NCBI GenBank assembly: GCA_964388575.1
Contig: CAYMAZ010000002.1
Location: 4,657-68,656 of the forward strand
Length of the DNA stretch: 64,000 bases
Source of the DNA: an uncultured Bacteroidales bacterium
Lineage (GTDB): Bacteria > Bacteroidota > Bacteroidia > Bacteroidales > DTU049
Reading direction: 5' to 3'
The notes below the pieces were generated by a model. That model had not been told where the DNA came from and searched no databases. It saw only the letters and a program-made list of their open reading frames with translations. The position numbers and the translations under genes were made by a program. Numbering within the stretch: position 1 is the first letter of the stretch; every line of letters starts with the position of its first letter. Of the stretch, positions 18,497 through 27,978 are shown piece after piece.

Positions 18497-19405
18497 ATGA
18501 GGTCATATTTTGTTCATATTTTCATACTGATCATCGCAAATGCAGGTTTACTCCATGCTCAAACCCAAAAGAGGGAAAGACAGGAAATTCTGTTTAGTTT
18601 CGGTGCAACGAATTTTTTAGGCGATCTTGGAGGCTCACCAATGATTGGAAGTGAAGCTTTCAGTATGCGCGATTTAAACTGGTCTTCTACCCGACCCATG
18701 GGTAATATCGGGTACAGATATCGAATAGCACAGCACCAGGCTGTTAAAGGCACACTTTCATTCGGGTATCTTTACGGAAATGACAATTACACTGAAAATC
18801 TGATCCGTTTCAACAGAAATATCAACTTTCGTGCACCCATCTGGGAATTACAGGGGCAATATGAGTATTTTATATTCACCCGACATCGGGAAGGTCATCG
18901 TTACAACAAAAAGGAGCTGAAAGGATGGAGAAATATTTCTGACAAAATCTATCTGTTTGCCGGACTTGGTGTGACTGTGTTTATCCCTCAGGGAAAAGAC
19001 CCTACAGGAAAATGGCACAATCTCAGGCCATTATCAACTGAAGGACAGGGAATGGTCGCAACCCGAAAAAAATACAGTTTGGTTCAGCCTGTTGCTTTGT
19101 TCGGAATCGGACTCAAATATTCTTTGAACTGGAAATGGTCAATCGGACTTGAATACAGCATCAGGAAAACATTCACTGATTATCTTGATGATACCAGCAC
19201 AACGTATTACGACAATGATGCCATTCGGGAACAAAAAGGAGACATTGCAGCCTATTTTGCCGATCCCAGCCATGGCCTTGTTCCCGGGCAAACAGCACCC
19301 GGAGCCCAGAGAGGAGACCCGGATGACAAAGATTCATACATGTTTGCCACTCTGACATTCTACTACAAATTTAAAAAACACAAAACAAATATCCCAAGGT
19401 TTTAA
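18497..19405 (+). CDS. Outer-membrane beta-barrel protein (DUF6089-like)
   Basis: The track uses TTG 18476. The ATG at 18497 gives a signal peptide, MRSYFVHIFILIIANAGLLHAQ. It has an alternating strand pattern and a terminal F. The family name is from recollection of the gene that follows nadK in Bacteroidota. Confidence 0.65.
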   Translation: MRSYFVHIFILIIANAGLLHAQTQKRERQEILFSFGATNFLGDLGGSPMIGSEAFSMRDLNWSSTRPMGNIGYRYRIAQHQAVKGTLSFGYLYGNDNYTENLIRFNRNINFRAPIWELQGQYEYFIFTRHREGHRYNKKELKGWRNISDKIYLFAGLGVTVFIPQGKDPTGKWHNLRPLSTEGQGMVATRKKYSLVQPVALFGIGLKYSLNWKWSIGLEYSIRKTFTDYLDDTSTTYYDNDAIREQKGDIAAYFADPSHGLVPGQTAPGAQRGDPDDKDSYMFATLTFYYKFKKHKTNIPRF

Positions 19406-19420
19406 TTATTCCAGTACATT

Positions 19421-20554
19421 ATGAGAATTTTACCGCTCATGCTGATTCCATGCATAATGCTAATGTATTCATTAAATACAACAGCGCAGAATGAAAAAAC
19501 AATATCCCACAACGGACTCAACAGATCGTATATTGAATATATTCCTGCATCCTACTCGGGAAATTCATCTGTGCCGCTACTTATCGCATTGCACGGATTG
19601 AATGATCAGAATTCCACCTTTGCTTCGACAGGATTTCATTTGTTAGGAGAAGTTGAGAATTTCATAACCATTTATCCTCAGGGAGAATCAGGAATCATTG
19701 GTACCGGGTGGAATGCGGGAGTACAGTATTACAACATACCCATTAACGGAGACATTGATGATGTTGGATTTATCAGCACACTGATTGACACCTTGTTATC
19801 TGCGTACAATATCGACCAGACGCGGATTTACGCAACAGGATTCTCTCTCGGAGGTTTTATGACCAACCGGCTTGCTTGTGAACTTTCACACAGAATTGCA
19901 GCTGTTGTTTCAGTTGCAGGGACAAGAGGAAATATGATTACCAACTGCACACCATGGCGCGATGTCCCGTTTTGTCATATTCACGGAAACCAGGATGATG
20001 TTGTACTTTATTCCGGCAACATTTTCGGGATGGATCCTCCTCAGCTTGTTGATTGGTGGGTTTTATTCAATCAGTGTGACCCTGCTCCAACAGTATCACA
20101 AATGCCCGATCTTGTGCAAGATAGCATTATTCTTACACATTATGAATATTCCGGAGGAGCTGGCAGTAGCAAAGTAGAATTTTACCTTGCTGACGGAGCC
20201 GGCCATGACTGGCTCTATCAACCCGTGAATGATGTCAGCTATACCATTCTCATATGGAATTTTTTGAAAAATTTCAGCCTTACAAATCTGAATGTGAATG
20301 AACCCCTTACTGAAACACAGTTTCTTGTTTATCCATCCATTGCTGACCAGGAAATTCATGTTTCATCTGATCCGGATGTAGCACTGATCTCTTTTTCAAT
20401 ATATGACATCAACGGCAAGCAAATTTACAATCATAGTGCAACAGAAGCAGGTTTTTCACTTGATGTATCAACATATCAGGCAGGACTGTATTTGTGGAAT
20501 GCCATCTCTAACAAGCAAAAAGTATTTACCGGAAAATTTTTGATACAACGTTAA
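19421..20554 (+). CDS. Secreted esterase of the PHB-depolymerase / LpqC (CE1-like) type with a degenerate T9SS sorting domain
   Basis: 377 aa with a signal peptide. Motifs: LIALHGLND, GFSLGGFM, HGNQDDVV, GAGHDW. The C-terminus reads LVYPSIADQEIHV...FLIQR. Confidence 0.7.
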   Translation: MRILPLMLIPCIMLMYSLNTTAQNEKTISHNGLNRSYIEYIPASYSGNSSVPLLIALHGLNDQNSTFASTGFHLLGEVENFITIYPQGESGIIGTGWNAGVQYYNIPINGDIDDVGFISTLIDTLLSAYNIDQTRIYATGFSLGGFMTNRLACELSHRIAAVVSVAGTRGNMITNCTPWRDVPFCHIHGNQDDVVLYSGNIFGMDPPQLVDWWVLFNQCDPAPTVSQMPDLVQDSIILTHYEYSGGAGSSKVEFYLADGAGHDWLYQPVNDVSYTILIWNFLKNFSLTNLNVNEPLTETQFLVYPSIADQEIHVSSDPDVALISFSIYDINGKQIYNHSATEAGFSLDVSTYQAGLYLWNAISNKQKVFTGKFLIQR

Positions 20555-20582
20555 GACACAGTGTTCCTATGCTGATTTTTTA

Positions 20583-20590
20583 TAATTTTG
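20583..20590 (+). promoter_or_regulatory. Candidate -7 box (TAATTTTG) for glyQS
   Basis: Matches TAnnTTTG 43 nt upstream of the ATG at 20633. Confidence 0.4.
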
Positions 20591-20632
20591 CAGCTGCTTT
20601 AAAGCAAATCACATATTATACCATTTCAAGTT

Positions 20633-22144
20633 ATGCAAAAAAAAGGAGAAGAACTGTTCAAAGAATTGATTTCACATTGTAAAGAATACGGATTTATTTT
20701 TCAATCCAGCGAAATTTATGACGGGCTTGCTGCTGTGTATGATTACGGACATTATGGTGTGGAACTGAAGAACAACATACGAAACTACTGGTGGCAGTCC
20801 ATGGTCCACCATCATGATAACATTGTCGGAATTGATTCAGCCATATTTATGCATCCGACAATCTGGAAAGCATCAGGGCACGTTGATGCATTCAACGACC
20901 CTCTCATTGATAATAAAGATTCAAAGAAACGTTACAGAGCTGATGTGCTGATTGAAGATTACATTCAGAAACAGGAACAAAAAATTGAGAAAGAAATTGA
21001 GAAAGCACGAAAACGTTTTGGAGAAAATTTTGATTCAAACATGTTCTGTGAAACCAACGGAAGAGTGCTTGAACTCAGAGAAAGAATCTCAAATGTGAGC
21101 AAACGCATGAATGACAGTCTGAAGTCAGGAAATCTTACTGATGTGAAAGCCCTGATCGAAGAACTTGAGATTGTATGTCCTGTCAGCGGAACAAAAAACT
21201 GGACTGATGTCAGGCAGTTCAATCTCATGTTTGCGACCCGTTTTGGGGCAACGTCAGATGATGTCGTCTATTTGCGCCCTGAAACAGCTCAGGGAATCTT
21301 TGTGAATTTCTCCAATGTGCTGAAATCCAGCCGAATGAAAATACCATTTGGAATTGCACAAACCGGAAAAGCATTCAGAAATGAGATTGTTGCACGTCAG
21401 TTTATTTTCAGAATGCGCGAATTTGAACAGATGGAAATGCAGTTTTTCGTAAAACCGGGAGAAGAACTTCAATGGTATGAATACTGGAAAGAAAAAAGGA
21501 TGAAATGGCACCGTTCAATGGGTTTTCCTGAAGAATCACTCCGCTGGCATGATCATGAAAAACTGGCTCACTACGCCAATGCCGCTGCCGATATTGAATT
21601 TGCTTTCCCATTCGGGTTCAAAGAACTGGAAGGGATTCATTCCCGTACAGATTTTGATCTTGCAGCACATGAAAAGTTTTCAGGAAAAAAACTCAGATAC
21701 TTTGATCCTGAACTAAATGACAGCTATATCCCTTATGTTGTTGAAACATCAATCGGACTTGACAGAACATTTCTTGCAACAATGAGCCATGCATACAATG
21801 AAGAAACTCTTGAAGACGGCAGCACTCGTATTGTTCTTCGTTTTGCCCCATTTCTGGCTCCCGTTAAAATTGCTGTTTTGCCTCTTGTCAAAAAAGACGG
21901 TATGCCCGAGGCCGCATTGAAAATATTTGATGAACTTAAATATACATTTGTATCACAATATGATGAAAAGGATACTATCGGACGAAGATACAGAAGACAG
22001 GATGCCATCGGAACTCCGTTCTGTATTACTGTTGACAATGAAACACTTTCCGATTCATCTGTTACAGTCAGACATCGTGATTCTATGAAGCAGGAAAGAA
22101 TTCAATCCGGACAACTGAAACAGTATCTTCTTCAAAATTTTTAA
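20633..22144 (+). CDS. glyQS: Glycine--tRNA ligase (homodimeric class II type)
   Basis: 503 aa with LRPETAQGIF, GIAQTGKAFRNEI, REFEQMEMQFF and ETSIGLDR. A C-terminal anticodon-binding domain is present. Confidence 0.95.
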   Translation: MQKKGEELFKELISHCKEYGFIFQSSEIYDGLAAVYDYGHYGVELKNNIRNYWWQSMVHHHDNIVGIDSAIFMHPTIWKASGHVDAFNDPLIDNKDSKKRYRADVLIEDYIQKQEQKIEKEIEKARKRFGENFDSNMFCETNGRVLELRERISNVSKRMNDSLKSGNLTDVKALIEELEIVCPVSGTKNWTDVRQFNLMFATRFGATSDDVVYLRPETAQGIFVNFSNVLKSSRMKIPFGIAQTGKAFRNEIVARQFIFRMREFEQMEMQFFVKPGEELQWYEYWKEKRMKWHRSMGFPEESLRWHDHEKLAHYANAAADIEFAFPFGFKELEGIHSRTDFDLAAHEKFSGKKLRYFDPELNDSYIPYVVETSIGLDRTFLATMSHAYNEETLEDGSTRIVLRFAPFLAPVKIAVLPLVKKDGMPEAALKIFDELKYTFVSQYDEKDTIGRRYRRQDAIGTPFCITVDNETLSDSSVTVRHRDSMKQERIQSGQLKQYLLQNF

Positions 22145-22162
22145 TTTAATTACATAACAACT

Positions 22163-22342
22163 ATGGAAATCGAAAAATTAATTCTGGATGCAATGACCAA
22201 GGCAGGAAAACCTTTGAGTGCTGGTCAGATCGCTGAACTGACAGGACAGGACAGAAAGCTTGTTGACAAAGCCATGAAAACACTGAAAACAACAGGACAG
22301 ATTGAATCTCCAAAGGTTTGTTACTGGCAGCCAAAAAAATAA
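22163..22342 (+). CDS. Small winged-helix (HTH) protein, 59 aa
   Basis: This ORF falls below the 60-aa track cut-off. Sequence: MEIEKLILDAMTKAGKPLSAGQIAELTGQDRKLVDKAMKTLKTTGQIESPKVCYWQPKK. It is on the same strand as both neighbours and fills the gap between them. The track ORF 22161..22346 is antisense to it. Confidence 0.5.
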   Translation: MEIEKLILDAMTKAGKPLSAGQIAELTGQDRKLVDKAMKTLKTTGQIESPKVCYWQPKK

Positions 22343-22357
22343 ACACATCTCAATGTC

Positions 22358-23152
22358 ATGAAAGTACTTGCCAAAGTTGCGAAAATTAAAGTCGCTGCAG
22401 TTTCATACCTGAATACCATTCCATTCATTTATGGTATCGATCATTCATCCGTTTCAGAAATGATCGACCTTCGACTAGGGAATCCTTACAAGTGCTTTCA
22501 GATGTTTCACAAAAATGAAGTGGATATCGCTCTTGTCCCTGTAGGTTCATTACCTTCAGTGGACAGCTGTAAAATCATCAAACCTTTCTGCATTGGTGCA
22601 GATGGTAAAGTCGGATCCGTATTTCTTTTTTCAGACACCAGTCCTGAAAACATCACAACAATCTATTATGATTTACATTCCCTGACATCTAACAAACTGA
22701 TAAAAATTCTATGTCAGGAGCACTGGAGAATCAACCCTGTTTTTCGTTACCCGGAATGCATGCCACCCAAACTGAAAGAAAAAGAAGCCTTTGTCGCAAT
22801 CGGGGACAAATCATTCAGGTCTGTTTTAAAATACAAATATGTATTTGATTTGTCTGAAGAATGGAAAAAAATGACCGGAAAAGCATTTGTCTTTGCTGTT
22901 TGGATCACCAAACTGAACTTGCACCCCGCAGTAATTCAGGGATTCAATGAGGCCTTATCATACGGCGTGAACAATATCCCCGACAGTATTGTCTATGCAA
23001 AGCCGGAAATCCTTCCAACAGATGAAACACTTGATTACCTGAGCAGGAAGATAACTTTCAAACTCAATGAAAATCTTCTTGAAGGGATGTCCTCATATAT
23101 GGATAGAATCATGCCGGACTGGAAGAATTCAATTGAATTTGTTTCCTGCTGA
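22358..23152 (+). CDS. mqnA: Chorismate dehydratase (futalosine-pathway menaquinone biosynthesis, MqnA family)
   Basis: 264 aa with KVAAVSYLNTIPF, IALVPVGS and FVFAVW, typical of the MqnA/VitK2_biosynth fold (recollection). Confidence 0.8.
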   Translation: MKVLAKVAKIKVAAVSYLNTIPFIYGIDHSSVSEMIDLRLGNPYKCFQMFHKNEVDIALVPVGSLPSVDSCKIIKPFCIGADGKVGSVFLFSDTSPENITTIYYDLHSLTSNKLIKILCQEHWRINPVFRYPECMPPKLKEKEAFVAIGDKSFRSVLKYKYVFDLSEEWKKMTGKAFVFAVWITKLNLHPAVIQGFNEALSYGVNNIPDSIVYAKPEILPTDETLDYLSRKITFKLNENLLEGMSSYMDRIMPDWKNSIEFVSC

Positions 23153-23178
23153 TATATTTCAGTCTGTTGAATGGTGAT

Positions 23179-25452
23179 TTAGGATTCATTCCCAATTGGT
23201 TTTTGCTGTTGATCTGTTTGTTCATTCAGCCTTTTTCTCTCAAACTGATATATATCCACAAGTAGGAATGAAATTAGCCGGAACTCAGAGACAATATTGA
23301 GAAATAACAAACTGCTTCTGGAAGGTGTCTCCTTTTTCTTAATTCGTTCAATCTGGTTCAATCTGACTCTGTCAATTTCTGTAAGAATTCTGTTATGCTC
23401 ATTCTGAATTAGCTCCCCGTTATAAGGTTGAGTAGGATTGATGTATTCAAGAATCAGATTGTTCAGTTTAACAATATCATCAAGAAGTAATTTAAAATCT
23501 TCAAGCTGACTTTTGTTTAGTGATTTGTGAAGGTTGCTGACATGCTGATGTGCAGGTTTTGATATAAAAGAGAGTGAAACGACAATTCCCCTGAGTGTAT
23601 CATTCATCTTCAACATAAAGCTCGTCCACTGAATCTGCAAAACTTCTGATTCTTTAATAATGTCGTTGATTGCTGAATTATATGATTCTGTTCTCTTGTC
23701 AATGTCTTTCACTTTCTTAACCATCTGTTTGAGGAGTTTCTGATCCTCATTCTTCAGACCTTCAAGGACACCATCAAGTATTTCCGGGATCACAGTAATC
23801 ACATCACTGATAGACTGACAGGAAATCTGTTCAGGTGTTTTCAGGTTGGATTTAAAAATATCTGCAATATTTGTTTTGCTTTTCTTTTCAGTTTCATGTT
23901 TCTGATGCGCTCTGTGAGTTCGTATCAGAATAAAAATAACAAGTGGCACAATGAATGCAACAGCAATCATATCTCCCCACCACAAGATCAGTGCAATAAT
24001 TCCTGCAACTGTAAATGCAACAAATGCCGTAAGAAACCATCCACCAATAACCGTAAACACACCGGACACACGATATACTGCACTTTCTCTTCCCCACGCT
24101 CTGTCTGAAAGTGATGTACCCATTGCAACCATGAAAGTGACATAAGTTGTTGATAAAGGCAATTTAAGTGAAGTCCCAAGTGCAATCAGTGAACTGGCAA
24201 CCATCAGATTCATTGCTGCCCGAAGCATATCAAAGGCCGGTGGATTTGGGTCCTTTTTATTTACAGGAAGCTGAACAAACCTTTGATCCAGAGATTGCCC
24301 CATACGTTTTGTATATCTGTTTGATAAAAATGATCCTGCACTGTGAAAAAATCTGACGATTGCCCTTGACAACTGATTTGAACCAAACTGTTCCTGCCCG
24401 TCTTTCTGACGACTCAGATTGACACTTGTCTCAACAACAGTCCTTGCTTTTTTTGAAAACCACAGTGCCAGAATCATAACCACACCAGCCAGTATAAGAA
24501 AACCGATTTCTGTCTGAACAGGTTTGGCCAGCATTTCCATTGAAAACATTTCAGGAGAATTGCTCCCGGATGCGATAAAGATCTGGAATGATTTAAAACC
24601 AGCCATGGGCACACCGATAAAATTCACAAGGTCATTGCCTGCAAATGCCATGGCCAGTGCAAATGTCCCGAAAAAGACGATAATTCTGAATACATTGAAC
24701 TTTACAAACAGCTGAATCAGAAAAAACAGTACTGTGAGCCCTATTGTAATGACGCCCATAATCAGAAGAACATTGCTGTTGATCCAGGCAAGTGTATGTT
24801 CGGGAACAAATGAAATATCCTTTAATCCTTTTAGAAAAATAAAGTAGCATATCACAGCGATTGATAACCCTCCGAAAAATGAGCCCAGTATACGCATTCT
24901 TTTCTCATAAAAAAACGTGAACAGAATTCTTGTCAAAAACATGACAAGAAAACCTATTGAAAAGGCAATCACAATGGAAATAAATATTGCACTGATAATT
25001 GCCAGGGCCTTTTCTGAATTAATGTACTTTGATAACTGAAGCAAACTTTCGCCACTGTCAAAAATCTTTATAATAGAAAACACAAAAGCAGCACCGAGCA
25101 GTTCAAATACAAGAGAAACAGTTGTTGATGTAGGCAGGCCAAGTGTGTTGAAAAAATCCAGAAGCAACACATCGGTAATCATGACAGCAAGAAAAAGTAG
25201 CATGATCTCATGGAAATAAAATTGTGTGGGATGAAATATTCCGCTTCGGGCTACTTCCATCATTCCTCCTGAAAACAGAGCTCCAATCAGAACACCTGCA
25301 GATGCAATGATCATCAGGACTTTGAACTTTGCTGCCTTGGCACCAATGGCAGAATTCAGAAAATTCACAGCATCATTTGAAACCCCAACAACAAGGTCTG
25401 AAATTGCAAATAAAAACAGTAATCCGACAATTACGATATAAAAATATTCCAT
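23179..25452 (-). CDS. PiT-family inorganic phosphate transporter with a C-terminal PhoU-like helical domain (paralog 1)
   Basis: 757 aa. PHO4/PiT signatures GVSNDAVNFLNS and FAGNDLVNFIGVP lie in two membrane halves. A soluble C-terminal region of about 220 aa ends in QIERIKKKETPSRSSLLFLNIVSEF (PhoU-like; an inference). Confidence 0.8.
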   Translation of the reverse strand: MEYFYIVIVGLLFLFAISDLVVGVSNDAVNFLNSAIGAKAAKFKVLMIIASAGVLIGALFSGGMMEVARSGIFHPTQFYFHEIMLLFLAVMITDVLLLDFFNTLGLPTSTTVSLVFELLGAAFVFSIIKIFDSGESLLQLSKYINSEKALAIISAIFISIVIAFSIGFLVMFLTRILFTFFYEKRMRILGSFFGGLSIAVICYFIFLKGLKDISFVPEHTLAWINSNVLLIMGVITIGLTVLFFLIQLFVKFNVFRIIVFFGTFALAMAFAGNDLVNFIGVPMAGFKSFQIFIASGSNSPEMFSMEMLAKPVQTEIGFLILAGVVMILALWFSKKARTVVETSVNLSRQKDGQEQFGSNQLSRAIVRFFHSAGSFLSNRYTKRMGQSLDQRFVQLPVNKKDPNPPAFDMLRAAMNLMVASSLIALGTSLKLPLSTTYVTFMVAMGTSLSDRAWGRESAVYRVSGVFTVIGGWFLTAFVAFTVAGIIALILWWGDMIAVAFIVPLVIFILIRTHRAHQKHETEKKSKTNIADIFKSNLKTPEQISCQSISDVITVIPEILDGVLEGLKNEDQKLLKQMVKKVKDIDKRTESYNSAINDIIKESEVLQIQWTSFMLKMNDTLRGIVVSLSFISKPAHQHVSNLHKSLNKSQLEDFKLLLDDIVKLNNLILEYINPTQPYNGELIQNEHNRILTEIDRVRLNQIERIKKKETPSRSSLLFLNIVSEFRLISFLLVDIYQFERKRLNEQTDQQQKPIGNES

Positions 25453-25537
25453 GGTTTAATTTTTTACAAAGTAAATATCTTTTGACGATCTCAATGTTAA
25501 TTATTTATTAATTCCTAATATTTATGATCAGTTTTTT

Positions 25538-27793
25538 TTAAACTTTCTTTATTTCAGGAGTTGACATAATTCTCTGCTTTTCAATCTGATACAATTCGTT
25601 AAGTAAATAATTTATAACTTTCATTTCTGAAAGGATATTCAGGAAAAGCATGCTGCTTCTTGAAGGAGTTTCCTTCTTTTTGATTCTTTTAATCTGCTGC
25701 ATCCTGAATGTGTTGATTTCATCTTTCATCATTTCACATTCGCGCATTATCAATTCTCCCTGATAAGGCTGATCAGGAGCGATGTATTCAATAACAAGGT
25801 TTGAAATTGAAATAATTTCACTTTTCAGATATTCCAGATCCTGTAGCTGATTTCTGCTAAGTGATTTATGTAGATTATTTAAATGCTGATGAGCAGGTTT
25901 CGCAATAAATGCAAGTGCAACCACAATTCCACGAAGTGTTTCATTCACTTTCATGTAAAAATCGCCCCAATCAAGATGTGATTCTTCCAAAGAACTTACT
26001 GCTAGCCCAATTGAATTTTTATATGCAAGAGTCTGTTTATCAATGATTTTTACTTTTTTATCAAGGGATTTCAGTACTCTTATGTCTTCATTCTTAAGTC
26101 CTTCGAACAACATTTCAAATACTTCAGGAATTTCCTGAAGTACTTCACGGATTGATTTATGTGAAATTTCTTCAATTCCAAGATCGCATGATATAAAGTT
26201 TTGTTCAATTTCCTTCTTTTCAAGTTGTTCAACCTGCTTTTTCTTGTGCAGAATATGAGTTTTATAGAGAACAAAGAAAATCAGAGGAATACAAATGATA
26301 ACAGCAACAATATTTCCAAACCAAAGGACAAGAGCAAAAAAAGCACTCACAATAAACGCAATAAAAGCAGTGATGAACCAACCACCAATAACAGTAAAAA
26401 CGCCGGACACACGATAAACAGCTGTTTCCCTTCCCCATGCTCTGTCGGCAAGGGACGTTCCCATAGCGACCATAAACGTCACATAGGTTGTTGACAATGG
26501 CAATTTCAATGATGTTCCGAAAGCGATCAATGAACTGGCCACCATCAGATTCATTGCTGCCCTAACCATATCAAAGGCAGGAGCATCATCAGCAATAGTG
26601 ATAAATTCCTGTTGTCTGAACCTTGTCTCAATAAATCTACTGATTCTGCCTTTTTTATTCGAAGAAAACAGCTCTGCCAAATTGTAGAAAAAACGAACAA
26701 TGACTCTGGCAAACTGATTCGAATCAAACTGTTCTGAAGCATCATTTTGAGTACTGAGATTTACTGTAGTTGCAACCACATTTCTTGCTTTTTTTGAAAA
26801 CCAGAGAGTAACTGCCATGATAATTCCGGCAAGCAACAAAAATATAACTTCTGTTTCAACAGGTTTAGCAAGACTTTCCATTTGCAGCAGGTGCGGATCG
26901 GCACCCCGGGATGACACAAATAGCATAAATGCATTGAACCCGGCAACAGGAACTCCGATAAAATTCACAAGGTCATTCCCTGCAAATGACAGTGCCAGTG
27001 CAAATGTCCCATAAAGAACTATTATTCTGAAAATGTTGAATTTTACAAACAGTAACAGGAACTCAAATAAAAGAAAAAAACTTGCAGTTATCATTCCCAG
27101 TAACAAGAGAGTATGTTCATGAATCCAGAGCAGCGATGTATCCTGAATGAATGATACATCTTTTAAACCCTTGATTAAAATAAAATAGGATATCACTGCG
27201 ATTGAAATACCCCCGAAAATGGTTCCGAAAAAGTGATAATACCTCTTATATCTGAATGAAAAGATGATTCTTGACACAAACATCACAAAAAAACCAATTG
27301 TAAATGCAATGGCGATAGAAATAAATATTGCACTGACAATCCCAAACGCTCTTCCCGAATTCATGTATTTTCCGATCATAGAGATACTTTCTCCGTTCTC
27401 ATTAATTTTAATGACTGACATAGCAAAAGCGGCCCCAAGCAATGCAAAAACCAGGGCAACAGTTGTTGATGTGGGCAATCCAAGCGTATTGAAAAAATCA
27501 AGCAATAAAATATTGGTGATCATTACTGCAAGAAACAGCAGCATAACCTGATGAAAACTGAATTGAGCCGGATGAAAAACCCCACTTCTGGCAACTTCCA
27601 TCATGCCTCCTGAAAACACAGCCCCAATTATAATTCCAAATGATGCAACAGTCATCAGAAGTTTAAATGATCCTGCTTTCGCACCTATACCGGAATTAAG
27701 AAAATTAACAGCATCATTGGAAACTCCTACAATTAACCCTATTATTGAAAACAGAAATAAAGAACCAAGGATAAAAAGATACAGGTATTCCAT
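25538..27793 (-). CDS. PiT-family inorganic phosphate transporter with a C-terminal PhoU-like helical domain (paralog 2)
   Basis: 751 aa and collinear with the neighbouring paralog. By eye it is about two-thirds identical (41 of the first 60 residues). It has the same GVSNDAVNFLNS and FAGNDLVNFIGVP motifs. Confidence 0.8.
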   Translation of the reverse strand: MEYLYLFILGSLFLFSIIGLIVGVSNDAVNFLNSGIGAKAGSFKLLMTVASFGIIIGAVFSGGMMEVARSGVFHPAQFSFHQVMLLFLAVMITNILLLDFFNTLGLPTSTTVALVFALLGAAFAMSVIKINENGESISMIGKYMNSGRAFGIVSAIFISIAIAFTIGFFVMFVSRIIFSFRYKRYYHFFGTIFGGISIAVISYFILIKGLKDVSFIQDTSLLWIHEHTLLLLGMITASFFLLFEFLLLFVKFNIFRIIVLYGTFALALSFAGNDLVNFIGVPVAGFNAFMLFVSSRGADPHLLQMESLAKPVETEVIFLLLAGIIMAVTLWFSKKARNVVATTVNLSTQNDASEQFDSNQFARVIVRFFYNLAELFSSNKKGRISRFIETRFRQQEFITIADDAPAFDMVRAAMNLMVASSLIAFGTSLKLPLSTTYVTFMVAMGTSLADRAWGRETAVYRVSGVFTVIGGWFITAFIAFIVSAFFALVLWFGNIVAVIICIPLIFFVLYKTHILHKKKQVEQLEKKEIEQNFISCDLGIEEISHKSIREVLQEIPEVFEMLFEGLKNEDIRVLKSLDKKVKIIDKQTLAYKNSIGLAVSSLEESHLDWGDFYMKVNETLRGIVVALAFIAKPAHQHLNNLHKSLSRNQLQDLEYLKSEIISISNLVIEYIAPDQPYQGELIMRECEMMKDEINTFRMQQIKRIKKKETPSRSSMLFLNILSEMKVINYLLNELYQIEKQRIMSTPEIKKV

Positions 27794-27944
27794 CGAAAAG
27801 CAAACTATGTAATCGCAAAGTAAATAATTTTTTCAAAGAAAAATAAACAAATTCTTAATAATTTCTTAACATATTATTCACATTTGAAAAATAAATAAAA
27901 AAATATCCTTCTATTATTTTTTAATGTGAATAAATTATTTTTAG

Positions 27945-27952
27945 TACGTTTG
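27945..27952 (+). promoter_or_regulatory. Candidate -7 box (TACGTTTG) for the MFS gene
   Basis: Matches TAnnTTTG 27 nt upstream of the ATG at 27979. Confidence 0.4.
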
Positions 27953-27978
27953 TGCAAATTTTTAAAACCATAACAAAT

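Noticed and set aside
22161-22346. 61-aa minus-strand ORF in the glyQS-mqnA gap
   Set aside because: It is antisense to a better same-strand 59-codon winged-helix ORF (22163..22342) and runs against a tightly packed plus-strand gene string.
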